NCBI GenBank assembly: GCA_964384105.1
Contig: CAYLJV010000002.1
Coordinates: 648-64,647, forward strand
Source of the DNA: Candidatus Hadarchaeota archaeon
GTDB taxonomy: Archaea; Hadarchaeota; Hadarchaeia; Hadarchaeales; JAGGTB01
Direction of reading: 5' to 3'
Length of the DNA stretch: 64,000 nt
Position 1 is the stretch's first letter, and each line of letters starts with the position of its first letter. The translations under genes and the position numbers were made by a program. Positions 28,376 through 38,923 of this stretch are shown piece after piece. The notes beneath the pieces are model-generated. The model was given only the letters and a program-made list of their open reading frames with translations. It was not told where the DNA came from and ran no database searches.

Positions 28376-28585
28376 ATGTCTACTAGCATTCCCATCAAGA
28401 AGAAAACACGAGACGAACTCAGGCGCTATGGAAAAAAAGGAGAGACGTGGGACGAACTCATAAATAGGCTCCTCTCAGAAAACCTCCCCCGTCAACCAGC
28501 GAGCTTGGAAGAACTAAAGAAACGAAGAGAAGAAGGAGAATATGTGCCCCTCGACGAAGCAATAAAAGAGCTCGAGAATATATGA
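28376..28585 (+). CDS. Putative antitoxin of the RelE/ParE pair
   Basis: Small basic protein ('IPIKKKTRDELRRYGKKGETWDELINRLL'). 4-nt overlap with the toxin gene. Confidence 0.45.
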   Translation: MSTSIPIKKKTRDELRRYGKKGETWDELINRLLSENLPRQPASLEELKKRREEGEYVPLDEAIKELENI

Positions 28586-28833
28586 AAGTCGAGATCCATC
28601 GGGAAGTTCAGAAGCACCTCGCAAAAATCTCGGCTAGGGCCCCGAAGGATAAACGAAGATGTCTAGAAGCACTGAAGAAACTTGAAAAAGACCCATATCA
28701 CAGTCGGTCCGGAGTGGACATTAGCAAATTGGAAGGCCCAGAGTTTGATTATAGGCTAAGAGTTGGCCGTCATCGCTTCGGATATAGAATTGATAATCAA
28801 GTAGTTCTAGTGGACGATGCCTGGTTTAAATAG
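28582..28833 (+). CDS. RelE/ParE-family toxin
   Basis: 83 aa. 'FDYRLRVGRHRFGYRIDNQVVLV' is the typical RelE/ParE C-terminal pattern. Confidence 0.6.
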   Translation: MKVEIHREVQKHLAKISARAPKDKRRCLEALKKLEKDPYHSRSGVDISKLEGPEFDYRLRVGRHRFGYRIDNQVVLVDDAWFK

Positions 28834-28869
28834 ACATGATATTTCCAAAACAAAAAACTTAGTCTCCTA

Positions 28870-29196
28870 CTAAGATCTACCTTCCAAATTTTTCCTTCTT
28901 CTGTCATACTCTTCTTCATCAATCTCGCCCCTAGCGTATCTTTCCTCGAGAATGTCGAGCGCACTCCTTCTATTTCGAGGACCAACATCACTTCCAGATC
29001 TTAGTATCCACCAGACTAGAAGAACTATTCCAATTACCACGAAAGCCCAGAAGAGAGCGGTGAGGAACCAGCCAAGCCAGCTCGAACCACCCATCATATG
29101 ATTGGGAAAGTCCATCCAGTCGGACATATGATGATGCCATCTATCTCCTATATTTTCATGCATCAGAATTCGATCAATTGAGTAATCAAACATCAA
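28870..29196 (-). CDS. Membrane protein with a C-terminal SHOCT domain
   Basis: One TM helix followed by 'ALDILEERYARGEIDEEEYDRRRKNL'. Confidence 0.6.
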   Translation of the reverse strand: MMFDYSIDRILMHENIGDRWHHHMSDWMDFPNHMMGGSSWLGWFLTALFWAFVVIGIVLLVWWILRSGSDVGPRNRRSALDILEERYARGEIDEEEYDRRRKNLEGRS

Positions 29197-29340
29197 CTCG
29201 CTCCACCTTCCGAACTATTACTCTGTTATACGTCTTATTTAAATATATCTGAATATGATATATGGATTGAGTCCGGTAGTACCTATTTCTAGAGAATAAA
29301 TGCCCCTAAGGAGATCGAAAAAAGATCAAATATTGCTTCG

Positions 29341-29372
29341 AAAAATAAAAAGAAAATAAAAAAAGAAAAAGG
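29341..29372 (-). terminator. Oligo-T tract (on the minus strand) downstream of the thermosome stop; candidate archaeal terminator
   Basis: The minus-strand sequence reads CCTTTTTCTTTTTTTATTTTCTTTTTATTTTT within 50 nt of the TAA stop. Confidence 0.35.
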
Positions 29373-29389
29373 AAATCTGTAAATTCGCT

Positions 29390-31048
29390 TTACATCATTC
29401 CTGGTGGCATTCCACCGGGTCCTCCAGGCATTCCGCCAGGTCCGCCTTCGGGTCCACCGCCGGAACCACCCTTAGAGGCTATCACGTCGTCTATTCTGAG
29501 AATCATGACCGCTGCTTCACTACCGGAACTCACGGCCTGAGTCTTTATCTGAACTGGTTCCACGACTCCTTCCTTGAACATGTCCTTCACTTGTCCATCG
29601 TAGGCGTCGAGTCCGAACGAGGCTCCGTCCTTACCATGTTTGCTTCTCAGTTCGACTATCGTGTCGATGGGATCGAGTCCAGCGTTGTTTGCTAGAGCTC
29701 TGACGAGCGACTCAACTGCGTTTGCAAAGGCCTTCACTGCCAATGCTTCCTTACCACCTATGCTATCTGCATAGTCTGAAAGTTCCATGGCAAGTTCAAT
29801 CTCAGTAGCTCCACCGCCGGGAACTATCTTACCGCTCTCGACTGTTCTAGCTACAACACACATAGCATCTTCGAGACTTCTATCAGCCTCATCAACGATG
29901 TGCTTCGTTCCACCTCTAACGAGAATACTGATGGCCTTCGGGTTCTGACACTTCTCCACGAAAGTCATATCCTCACCGGAAATCTTACGCTCTTCAACGA
30001 GTCCTGCTTGACCGAGATCCCCTGGGCTTATATCGTCTATATCTGTGACGACGTTACCCCCTGTGGCTCTAGCCAGCTTCTCCATATCGGATTTCTTGGC
30101 TCTGCGAATTGCGAAGATTCCTTCCTTAGCGAGGAAGTGCTGGGCCATGTCGTCGATTCCCTTCTGGCAGATCACCACATTGGCACCCGCCTTCTTGATA
30201 TTCTCGACCATTTCTCGGAATTCACCTTCCTCCTGATCGAGGAACTTCTGCAGTTGGTCGGGATCACTTATTCTAATTTCACTATCCGTTTCCGTCTTCT
30301 TGATTTCCATTGCTGCATTAAGAAGAGCTATCTTAGCGTTCTCGACTTTTTTGGGCATTCCTGGATGAACTCTGTCCTTTGTAAGAATTATTCCATCTAC
30401 CATAATACTATCGTCGACACTTCCGCCTTCCTGCTTTTCCATTCCTATGTTGTCGAGATCTACTTCGTAACTGCCGTTGGTTTTTTCGGCGACCTGCTTC
30501 ACAGCCTTCACGGCCATGTCTGCGAGGACACCTATGTTGGCCTCAACTCTCTTTCCAGTCATCGCAGTAGTGGCGACCTTCCTCAGCATCTCTTCATCCT
30601 CAAAGCCAACGTCCTTGGTCATTCCTCTGAGGAACTCCTGGGCCTTAGCAGCGGCCTTGGAGTAACCCGAGGCTATAGACGTCGGGTGGATTCCCTGATC
30701 GAGAAGCTCCGAAGCTTCTTCGATGAGTTCAGCCGCAAGAACTACAGCAGTAGTGGTGCCGTCTCCGACCTCTTCCTCCTGCGTTTCAGCGACTTCCACG
30801 ATCATCTTCGCTGCGGGGTGCTCGATATCCATCTCCTTAAGGATCGATGCTCCGTCGTTAGTTATCACAACATCTCCGAGGTTATCGACGAGCATTTTGT
30901 CCATTCCCTTTGGTCCCAGAGTCGAGCGAACTGCTTCACCTATAACCCTAGCGGCCCGGAAATTGGACTCCTGAGCGTCTCTACCTCTATCTCTCTTCGT
31001 ATTCTCAGAAAGTATGAAAATTGGTTGTCCATTTGGCATTTGTTTCAC
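29390..31048 (-). CDS. ths: Thermosome subunit (group II chaperonin)
   Basis: 'GPKGMDKM', 'GDGTTT' ATP-binding motifs and a C-terminal GGM-rich tail. Strong SD (AGGAGGTGA) upstream. Confidence 0.9.
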   Translation of the reverse strand: MKQMPNGQPIFILSENTKRDRGRDAQESNFRAARVIGEAVRSTLGPKGMDKMLVDNLGDVVITNDGASILKEMDIEHPAAKMIVEVAETQEEEVGDGTTTAVVLAAELIEEASELLDQGIHPTSIASGYSKAAAKAQEFLRGMTKDVGFEDEEMLRKVATTAMTGKRVEANIGVLADMAVKAVKQVAEKTNGSYEVDLDNIGMEKQEGGSVDDSIMVDGIILTKDRVHPGMPKKVENAKIALLNAAMEIKKTETDSEIRISDPDQLQKFLDQEEGEFREMVENIKKAGANVVICQKGIDDMAQHFLAKEGIFAIRRAKKSDMEKLARATGGNVVTDIDDISPGDLGQAGLVEERKISGEDMTFVEKCQNPKAISILVRGGTKHIVDEADRSLEDAMCVVARTVESGKIVPGGGATEIELAMELSDYADSIGGKEALAVKAFANAVESLVRALANNAGLDPIDTIVELRSKHGKDGASFGLDAYDGQVKDMFKEGVVEPVQIKTQAVSSGSEAAVMILRIDDVIASKGGSGGGPEGGPGGMPGGPGGMPPGMM

Positions 31049-31246
31049 CTCCTATTACACTTATTTAGAGCTTGATTCGTAGTCGATTCTACTTCGACTT
31101 GGTATTTCTCAGCTTCTTATTAAGCTTTACTCTAATTACGCAAGATTGTTCTCCTATCTTAAATAAGGAGATGTTGAAAAAGCCCAAAAAGGAGTAAAAA
31201 TTGCGATCTTAGCGGCTAAATCTCCCGAACAGAGCGGTCAAAAGTA

Positions 31247-32713
31247 TTAATCCTCTTCTTCCTCGAGAATAACCGGATGTCTTATCCTCCTGCTGACGGT
31301 TTTCCACTTCCCTGTCTTAAAGCGCCAAGTACTGACAACGGCAGGGACGAAAAGCCCACTCAATATTCCAATGAAAACGGCCTCTATTCCGAAACCGAGA
31401 GCTATCCCAAAGATGTAGGATATCGGAAGCAAGAATCCGTACGTCCCCAAAATCATCCCGTACATAGGCCACCTTGTGTCGCCGGCACCCCTGAGACCCC
31501 CTCGTATAACCCGGTCCACCGCGAATCCAAAGACGCCGATGGCATAGACCCAGATGAAGGTCCTGCTGAGTGAAATGACTTCGGGCTCGGTGACGAAGAA
31601 CCCAGCTATAGGCCTAGCAAAAATGGCTATCACGACCCCAACCGACACCATCACGACAGCCGCAAGCTTCAGGGTATCCCAGCCGTACATCTCAGCCTCG
31701 TCCTCCATCCTAGCCCCCAGAGACTGACCCACGAGCGTGCTCGAGGCAGTAGCAAAACCCCAGGCAGGCATCAACGCGAAGAACATCACTCTCTGACCGA
31801 CCTGGTAAGCCGCCACGGCCCCGGTACCAAAAGTTGCCAGAATCCAAAGTAGAGGAAACCTTCCCAGAACTCTGGCCAATCTCATTCCAAGCAGGGGGAG
31901 AGAAACTGTGAAAATCTGCTTTACCACATCGAAGTCCCACTGTTTTCCACCCAACTCGAATCTGACATCGTACCTATCGGATAGAAGCAATGCACCGAAG
32001 ATCGCGGCGATTCCTACGTTGGTTATAGCTGTTCCGATTCCCGCACCCAGGACCCCGAGCTCGGGAAATGGTCCGATACCAAAGATCAGGAGCCAGTTCA
32101 GGATAATGTTTGAGGGTACTCCAACCGCACGGACGTACATAGGCCTTACAGTGTCTCCGGCGCCGGCGAATCCACGGGCCGATATCAGAGAGAAGAAACG
32201 AAAGAACACGCCCAGCATCAAAACTTTCAGATAGGGCGCTCCCATCTCTATCACGTCCGGAGCCGCTCCCAGAATCCCTATCATCTCTTCGGCGTAAAAC
32301 CAGGTAAACAACATCAGGGGAATGGACATAAGCACGGCGATCCAGGTGGATTGTTTTATAACGAAGTAAGCCTCGTCGTACTCCTCGGCCCCGAAGTGCT
32401 GAGAGACGAGGCTGAGCGTACCGCTGGAGAGTGCCAGAGCAAAAGCGAAGCCGATGAAGTAGAACTGGAATCCGAAACCAACTGCCGCAACTCCCGCCGC
32501 CCCCGCGGCCATCCCAACCATGAGAAAGTCCGAGAGACGAAGGGTCACTCTCAGAGCCCCCGTAGTTATAACCGGCCAGGCTAGGTCCATCGCCTCTGTG
32601 CCTCGACGTTCATCAATCAGACCGATTCTAGAAAGAAATCTCGGGAGAGATTTCAAAACAGAATTATGATCCTCCTCACTCTGGGAATTATCGAAAGCCA
32701 CCATTATCACCAA
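31247..32713 (-). CDS. MATE-family efflux transporter
   Basis: 488 aa with 12 TM segments and MATE-like internal duplication. Confidence 0.75.
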   Translation of the reverse strand: MVIMVAFDNSQSEEDHNSVLKSLPRFLSRIGLIDERRGTEAMDLAWPVITTGALRVTLRLSDFLMVGMAAGAAGVAAVGFGFQFYFIGFAFALALSSGTLSLVSQHFGAEEYDEAYFVIKQSTWIAVLMSIPLMLFTWFYAEEMIGILGAAPDVIEMGAPYLKVLMLGVFFRFFSLISARGFAGAGDTVRPMYVRAVGVPSNIILNWLLIFGIGPFPELGVLGAGIGTAITNVGIAAIFGALLLSDRYDVRFELGGKQWDFDVVKQIFTVSLPLLGMRLARVLGRFPLLWILATFGTGAVAAYQVGQRVMFFALMPAWGFATASSTLVGQSLGARMEDEAEMYGWDTLKLAAVVMVSVGVVIAIFARPIAGFFVTEPEVISLSRTFIWVYAIGVFGFAVDRVIRGGLRGAGDTRWPMYGMILGTYGFLLPISYIFGIALGFGIEAVFIGILSGLFVPAVVSTWRFKTGKWKTVSRRIRHPVILEEEED

Positions 32714-33080
32714 TTACAAACTTGTTAGCACAGTTTTCTCGTAAAAAAGTACCATTTTAACCTTAAAGGTTAAGCCTTGACATTCTATTAGAACCGCCAA
32801 TCACTTCTCTAAAAAGTGAAAATAGGCGTCATCTCTTGAAGATCTAAATTTGGCCTTTCTGAATAGGGTTATCGATTTGAAAAATACAAATTTTTCCCTT
32901 TGGACCATATAGGAGTAAATAAGAACTATTTTACTAATTTAAACGGTTTAAGAACATTATTCTTGGTTATCAATAAATAAAGAGCTCCAATGGTTGTTAG
33001 AATTCAACTCGTAAACGGTAGTTAGAGATTTTTTAAATAACCCGACAAGGGAAAGTAAATCCAAACTGAGCTCAACGGAG

Positions 33081-34364
33081 GTGAAAATTATGAACAGAAA
33101 AATCAAAAAATTTGGTATGATATCATTGCTGCTAGTATTAATTATAGGAACCAGCCTTTTCACCAACTCACCAATAAATGCACAGGATAACAGAGTGCAA
33201 CCACCTGACGGTGTATTCGAGAATCGAAACCTGAATAAACCAATACAAATCGACGGCGATATAACCATAGAAGGGGATATCGGGCCTGACGGAAACGTGA
33301 ACGGGAATGGGAATCTAACTATCGGAGGAAACGTCGAAGGAACGATTAGTATCAATGGAAACGTAAACATAGGTGGTTCAATCGAGCCCGGGGCAAATAT
33401 TTCCCTCGAGACTCCAGGAACCACTTTGAACGTAGAAGCCGGAATGAATGGAGGAAACATTGAAGTAAGTGCAGGAAATGTCGAGATTAACATCGAAGAA
33501 AACTTAGAGGCCGGAAATATTTCTGCAACAGGTGAAAATTCCAGAGTAAATATAGGTGATTCCATAGGTCCAAATTCCAGAATAGAGGGTATTGCCTCAG
33601 TTAACGTATCCAAAAACGCTTCGGGCGAAATTGATGTATCAGGTGAAATTTCGATAGGTGAAAATCTGAAAGAAGAAGGTAGATTAGTATCGGAAGGTAA
33701 CATCTCAATTGGCGGAGACTTAGAAGAAGAGGGATCAGTAACATTGGAAACTCCTGGAAAAACCTTGGAAATTGGAAGAACTTTGAGAGGAAGGGCAACG
33801 GTAACTGAGAACGCAAAAGTCTCAATTGGAGATATTCCAGCAGAATCTCCTGTCAACGTTTCAGTAAATGCTTCGCCTCTTGATGGAGTAGAAATCTCCG
33901 TTCAGAACTACATATCAGATCTAGATATAGATATTTCTAATCTTAAAGGAGATGTTAACGTAGCGATAGAAAAACCGGAAGGAGAAGTCTACAACATTCA
34001 ACAGATAGACGTAGAAACCGAGCAGACAACAATTTCCGAAGATGAAATAGAAGAAGCAAAAATTGTAGTCGATGTGGAAAAATCGTGGTTACAGGAACAC
34101 GGAATAGAAGCTGAGACTGTCAGAGTTAATAGATTCTTAGAAGATGAAGGAGAATGGAAAGAACTTCCAACGGAAGTAATAGGGGAAAACAGCACTCACG
34201 TGAAACTTGAAGCAGAAACTCCTGGATTCTCAACATTCTCGATTACTGGAGAAGCCAGTCCAGAAGAAGGCGCTGCAGAAGAATTACCATGGTTGTTAAT
34301 CGGGGGAGTAGTAATCATAATTATAGTGATTATAATGGCAATTGTGGCAATTTCGAGAAGATAA
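33081..34364 (+). CDS. Secreted, cell-surface-anchored repetitive (beta-helix-like) protein with an N-terminal signal peptide and a C-terminal TM anchor
   Basis: Signal peptide 'MISLLLVLIIGTSLFT', degenerate G-N/D-I-x-I repeats, and a C-terminal 'LPWLLIGGVVIIIIVIIMAIVAISRR' reminiscent of PGF-CTERM-type archaeosortase signals. Confidence 0.5.
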   Translation: MKIMNRKIKKFGMISLLLVLIIGTSLFTNSPINAQDNRVQPPDGVFENRNLNKPIQIDGDITIEGDIGPDGNVNGNGNLTIGGNVEGTISINGNVNIGGSIEPGANISLETPGTTLNVEAGMNGGNIEVSAGNVEINIEENLEAGNISATGENSRVNIGDSIGPNSRIEGIASVNVSKNASGEIDVSGEISIGENLKEEGRLVSEGNISIGGDLEEEGSVTLETPGKTLEIGRTLRGRATVTENAKVSIGDIPAESPVNVSVNASPLDGVEISVQNYISDLDIDISNLKGDVNVAIEKPEGEVYNIQQIDVETEQTTISEDEIEEAKIVVDVEKSWLQEHGIEAETVRVNRFLEDEGEWKELPTEVIGENSTHVKLEAETPGFSTFSITGEASPEEGAAEELPWLLIGGVVIIIIVIIMAIVAISRR

Positions 34365-35059
34365 TTGCCAGTGCTACTCTATCAAACAAAACCACTAAAT
34401 CTCTTTTTTTCTTTTTTATGAAAAATCGAATCTTAGGCTTTTAGTTAATATAGACAAACAGAAAACACAAGGTATTTAAAGGAAATATAAAATTCAGTTA
34501 AATTTACTTTCAAAAATTAATTTCGGTAAAAAATGGTCTCTTTCAAATCCTGTTAACAGATATAGATTAGAAAATCTCTGGAATCTTTTTAAAAATCCCA
34601 ATAAATTCCTAAACTAAAAGGTCGCTGTTTTAGAGATGATAAATATCACAAGATTATCTGGTGTTAAAGTCTAGCATCTTGCCAGATTCTGGATCGATAA
34701 GGACCCAAAAGGATACTCCAACTGGTTCTTCGAGTCCCTTCACTCGAACGCATTCTCTAAGGTCCCCAGGTTTCACCTCGACCTCCTCGAGGCTCCGCTC
34801 GTAGATCTTAGCAGATGTATTACTGGAATCGAAAAAATCTTCTAATGCGATAGGTTCCCCAACATCCTTCTTGAGAACTATCAAGCTCCTACCATCTTTC
34901 TCGAGGACTATCTCATAATCCTCGATTCTAAAGAAAACGGTAAACTGCTCCCCTCTTTACTATGTCCTACTCATTCCTTTTATGGAATTCTCCAATTTTT
35001 GTTACACCCATAACAAAAAATCCCGAAAACAAAAACTACCAAATCGAAGCAATATTTGC

Positions 35060-35084
35060 CGATTTAATATAGGTCACCTATAAT
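35060..35084. promoter_or_regulatory. Third copy of the palindromic motif GATTTA-R-TATAGGT-S-ACCTATAAT (also at 17266..17290 and 18004..18027)
   Basis: 25-nt match with 2 mismatches to the repeat core. The TATAGGTNACCTATA core is dyad-symmetric and intergenic. Confidence 0.35.
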
Positions 35085-35199
35085 TTGAGAACGAATCCAA
35101 ATCCATCGTAACCATTAATCAGTTCTAGGATTAGAAAAAACTCTCAACTGGTTTATATCCACAAAGAAATACCCGATGACAGATGGAGGTAGAAATAAT

Positions 35200-36159
35200 C
35201 TATAAATCCTTAACTAGACCTTCTCTAAGGTCCTTCTTCTGAATCCGAGTTCCATCACCGACTATCGTGTCTATAATAATAGAATCTTCAATATCACAAT
35301 TCTCGAAAATTATCGAATTTTCTATCTCGGAATTTTTAACCTTACTTCCCTTCAAAATAGTTACGTTATCACCTATATCTGAGTTTTCGACATCGCCCCA
35401 TACTATATTTTCCTCTCTTATCTCCCTCTCGGCCCTCAGGTACCCAACGCGAGTTCCAACATCCACCCATTTACCCTCGAAGGGATAAGCGTAAACGTCA
35501 TAGTTGTCAACAGTCCACTGGATGAACCTTCCCGGCTCGTCTAAATACTGTTCTCGTGGTATTCTACCCTCCCAGTAATCAACGTATCTATCAAAGACAT
35601 TCAACATTTCTTCGGGAATGAAGTAACAAGCGGTCGAGGCCATTCTAGATTTGGGATTTTTAGGTTTTTCCTGGAAGTTGGAAATCATCTTGTCTTTCCC
35701 GAAGTCCACAATACCGTAGTTCTTTGCCTCTTCAAGGCTTTTCACGCGAAAGCATGCGTTTGCGATACTTCCTTTTTCCCTTGCAAAATCTAGAAAATCT
35801 TGAATTTTGAAGGAGTAATAGTTGTCTCCACCAATTATCAGGTAATCCCCCGACTCCCTTTCCTTGATCACATTCATCATGCCACCAACGGCTCCATACT
35901 TCTCCTCCTCAGCACTCTGTCGCTCTATAATAAGCTCGTATCTTTCACCTTCTTTCTCAGAGAGGTATTCTCCGAAGGAATCCTCAAACCGCTCGTTAGT
36001 GGTTACATATATCTTATCCGCATCTTCTATCTGCTCAAGTTCATCCAGAATATAATCCAAGATAGGTTTACCACCTAAGGGCAGAAGCGGCTTTGCCTTC
36101 TTCTTGGTTATGGGCCAGAGTCGAGTCGCATATCCACCTGCAAGTATCAGTACCTTCAT
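35200..36159 (-). CDS. Sugar-phosphate nucleotidyltransferase with a C-terminal left-handed beta-helix (hexapeptide) domain (GlmU / mannose-1-P guanylyltransferase-like)
   Basis: 'KVLILAGGYATRLWPITKKKAKPLLPLGGKPI' and C-terminal 'IENSIIFENCDIEDSIIIDTIV' hexapeptide repeats. Confidence 0.7.
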   Translation of the reverse strand: MKVLILAGGYATRLWPITKKKAKPLLPLGGKPILDYILDELEQIEDADKIYVTTNERFEDSFGEYLSEKEGERYELIIERQSAEEEKYGAVGGMMNVIKERESGDYLIIGGDNYYSFKIQDFLDFAREKGSIANACFRVKSLEEAKNYGIVDFGKDKMISNFQEKPKNPKSRMASTACYFIPEEMLNVFDRYVDYWEGRIPREQYLDEPGRFIQWTVDNYDVYAYPFEGKWVDVGTRVGYLRAEREIREENIVWGDVENSDIGDNVTILKGSKVKNSEIENSIIFENCDIEDSIIIDTIVGDGTRIQKKDLREGLVKDL

Positions 36160-36339
36160 TTTCGTACCTTTTTTATATTGGATTGGCCGTATTTCAGTTC
36201 TACCCCTTCAAAAGCCTGTTACGCTTAGTCGCCTGCGATATAAACAGCACTACTGAAACCTAAAAGTCCGGATAGATTAATTAAACAATCCGCAGAAATA
36301 AGGTAACGATTATCGGAATAGGTTTTGAATGAAACTTGA

Positions 36340-37710
36340 TTGGTGTTAAAATTGGTTGATGTTGTAATTGTAGGAGCTGGACCCGCTGGGCTTTTTGCGG
36401 CAAAAGAACTTGCCGAGAACTCTCAGCTTTCCATAAAGATCATAGAAAAAGGCAAGTCCGTCCAGGAAAGAAAAAAGTCAATGGAAAAGTGGCAACTTCA
36501 GTCAGGGTCCAGAGGGGTTATGCAGGGAGTAGGGGGAATGTGTTTGCTCTCGAATGGCACACTCAATCTCGATCCCAAAGTGGGAGGAAGACTGACAGAC
36601 TATGTTGAAGAAGATAGAGCAAAGAACCTCATAGAAAAAGTAGATTCAGTATTTCAGGACTTCGGAGCGTCCTCTGAAATATATGGTGAACAGAGCGAGG
36701 AAACGGATGACCTATCCCGAAGAGCTAGCGCTGCGGACGTAAAATTCCTGCTGATCAAACAAAGAAGAATAGGACTAGAGAATATTCCAAAGATCATCTC
36801 CTCCTTCAAGGACTATCTCGAGGAAAATGGTGTCGAGTTTAAGTTAGGTGTAAAGGTGAAAGAGATAGAAAAAGACGGTGTTATTCTAGAAAACGGGAAA
36901 AAAATAAAGTCAAAATATATTATAGCAGCACCTGGAAGGACCGGGGCCAACTGGCTTTTAGATCAAGCGGAAAAGCTGGGACTGACAATAAAGCACGGGG
37001 CCATAGACGTTGGAGTTCGAGTAGAAGTTCCATCTGTAGTCATGAGTCGACTCATTAAGATAAGCCGTGATCCAAAATTCTACATCAGAACAAAAACCTT
37101 CGATGACCTAGTCCGGACATTTCAAATAAACCATCAAGGTTTCGTGGTGAAAGAGAGGTACGACGACGACATCGTCTGTGTGAACGGGCTCGCCCCGATA
37201 TCGGAAAGATCAAAGAATGTGAACTTCGCATTACTCACCCAGATAACCCTGACCGAACCGGTAACCGATACCACCGCATACGGAGAATCTATAGCTCGTC
37301 TCGCGACCACCATCGGAGGAGACCGTCCGGTCGTTCAGAGATTGGGAGATCTTAGAAGCGGTCGAAGGTCAACGGAATCGCGAATAAACCGATCAAACGT
37401 AGAACCGACCCTTAAAGACGTGACACCCGGAGACATCTCCATGGCCCTACCCAACCGAATAGTCATAGGTCTGCACGAGGCACTCGAGCAACTAGATGAA
37501 ATAATACCTGGAATCGCATCGAACTCCACCCTGCTCTACGCTCCCGAGATAAAGTTCTATGCTGGACAAGTTCAGGTCGACGGAGACATGAGAACGGAGC
37601 TAGAGAATCTTTATATCGCCGGGGACGGTGCGGGACCGGCCCACGACATAGTTAACGCGAGCGTAACTGGAATGATATCTGCTCAGAGCATTCTGAAAGA
37701 AACTGAGTAG
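36340..37710 (+). CDS. FAD-dependent oxidoreductase (COG2509-like)
   Basis: 'VVIVGAGPAGLFAAKELAE' dinucleotide-binding motif and C-terminal 'YIAGDGAG'. Confidence 0.55.
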   Translation: MVLKLVDVVIVGAGPAGLFAAKELAENSQLSIKIIEKGKSVQERKKSMEKWQLQSGSRGVMQGVGGMCLLSNGTLNLDPKVGGRLTDYVEEDRAKNLIEKVDSVFQDFGASSEIYGEQSEETDDLSRRASAADVKFLLIKQRRIGLENIPKIISSFKDYLEENGVEFKLGVKVKEIEKDGVILENGKKIKSKYIIAAPGRTGANWLLDQAEKLGLTIKHGAIDVGVRVEVPSVVMSRLIKISRDPKFYIRTKTFDDLVRTFQINHQGFVVKERYDDDIVCVNGLAPISERSKNVNFALLTQITLTEPVTDTTAYGESIARLATTIGGDRPVVQRLGDLRSGRRSTESRINRSNVEPTLKDVTPGDISMALPNRIVIGLHEALEQLDEIIPGIASNSTLLYAPEIKFYAGQVQVDGDMRTELENLYIAGDGAGPAHDIVNASVTGMISAQSILKETE

Positions 37711-37770
37711 GTTAATTTTTTCTAAATTCAAAAAGAGGACTTCTTTTCTAGGAAAATCAAACTAAGACTT

Positions 37771-38358
37771 CTAGAACACGAAAAAAAGGAGAAAGCCAGT
37801 TAATCCCAACAGAACTGCACCTATCTTTGGCCTCCAGTTGAATATCTTTTTTCCGTCCAACGGCGGAATCGGCAGTAGATTGAAGAAGGCCAGCCAGAGG
37901 TTTATTATCACTCCAAAGTAACCGATCGATCCCAAAAGCCCTCCGAAGGTAGCGAGAGGATAAAAAAGCCCGGCTATCAGGAGGTTCGTGAGGGGACCTG
38001 AGACACTTATCCTACCGTTTTCCTCTACAGATATATTGCCGCCCTGAATCATGACTGCACCAGGAGCGGCAAAGAGGAAGCTCCCGCTGGAAACTATCCC
38101 GATCAGAAGCGCCATCATCAAACCCTGCGGCCACATTCGAAAGAAGGACCTGTACCCGTAGCTAATGGCGACTCGCTTGTGAGCCATCTCGTGGAAGAAG
38201 AAAGCGGTGGCAAGCGGGATAAAAACCGAAGCCAAGTTGGTCAGGATAGCCCCGGAACCCCTCCAGTTCGGACCTATGCCTGAAACGGCCACGGCCAGAA
38301 CCACGATCGAGATCAGAATATCCCTTATCTCTACTTTATCGAACTTCATGGTGGTCAA
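37771..38358 (-). CDS. M50-family (site-2 protease-like) membrane metalloprotease
   Basis: 'HEMAH' HExxH motif in a TM helix plus the 'NLLPIPPLDG' motif. Confidence 0.55.
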   Translation of the reverse strand: MTTMKFDKVEIRDILISIVVLAVAVSGIGPNWRGSGAILTNLASVFIPLATAFFFHEMAHKRVAISYGYRSFFRMWPQGLMMALLIGIVSSGSFLFAAPGAVMIQGGNISVEENGRISVSGPLTNLLIAGLFYPLATFGGLLGSIGYFGVIINLWLAFFNLLPIPPLDGKKIFNWRPKIGAVLLGLTGFLLFFVF

Positions 38359-38497
38359 TTAATATCTCTTCTTTAATTAAAAACCCGAGACATTTTTTGA
38401 AAACCGTTCGATTATTCCAAAATTCGAGGGGAACAATATCAATCGGAAATAAATTACTATATCCTCAAAAACAATAGAAAACCAGAGAGAAGCAAAA

Positions 38498-38896
38498 ATG
38501 AAAAAGTGGATTTTGATCTGCGCTCTCGGGGGAATCCTCATGATCGCAGGCTCGACGAGAGGCGATATATCTTTTTACAGAACTATTTTCGAACTCGCCT
38601 CGGACTACATAGGAGGTGGGTCCTCCCAAATATTTTCGATCATCCTACTCATACTCGGACTAATGGCCGCAGGCGGCGGGTTTACCGTCCTTATCGGAAC
38701 GGCGGTAATAGCGTCAGATCACAGGCTGACCGGAAAAGTAGTAGTGGCCCTAGGGGCAGGAATGGGGATAATTGGATTCTCTATATTCATGATTAAGGGA
38801 ATTCTAACTGGAACTCTGGTTGAAGATTTTCTCTCCATATTAGGACCGGGTTTTCTAGGAATCATCCTCACTATAATTGCTCGATTGAAATTATAG
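38498..38896 (+). CDS. Hypothetical membrane protein (about 4 TM)
   Basis: Hydrophobicity only. Confidence 0.35.
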   Translation: MKKWILICALGGILMIAGSTRGDISFYRTIFELASDYIGGGSSQIFSIILLILGLMAAGGGFTVLIGTAVIASDHRLTGKVVVALGAGMGIIGFSIFMIKGILTGTLVEDFLSILGPGFLGIILTIIARLKL

Positions 38897-38923
38897 AATT
38901 TAAAAATAAGAAATCGGGAGCGA

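Noticed and set aside
29900-31075. 391-aa ORF antisense to the thermosome gene
   Set aside because: An antisense open frame within a highly conserved chaperonin gene. No independent support.
32957-33856. 299-aa ORF antisense to the repetitive surface-protein gene
   Set aside because: It has no start context, a Ser/Pro/Ile-rich low-complexity translation, and lies entirely within the repeat region. The plus-strand product has a signal peptide and an anchor.
34654-34884. 76-aa minus-strand ORF with a TTG start
   Set aside because: No ATG and no recognisable motif. The frame is open upstream without a start. Kept out of the feature list as it is too uncertain.
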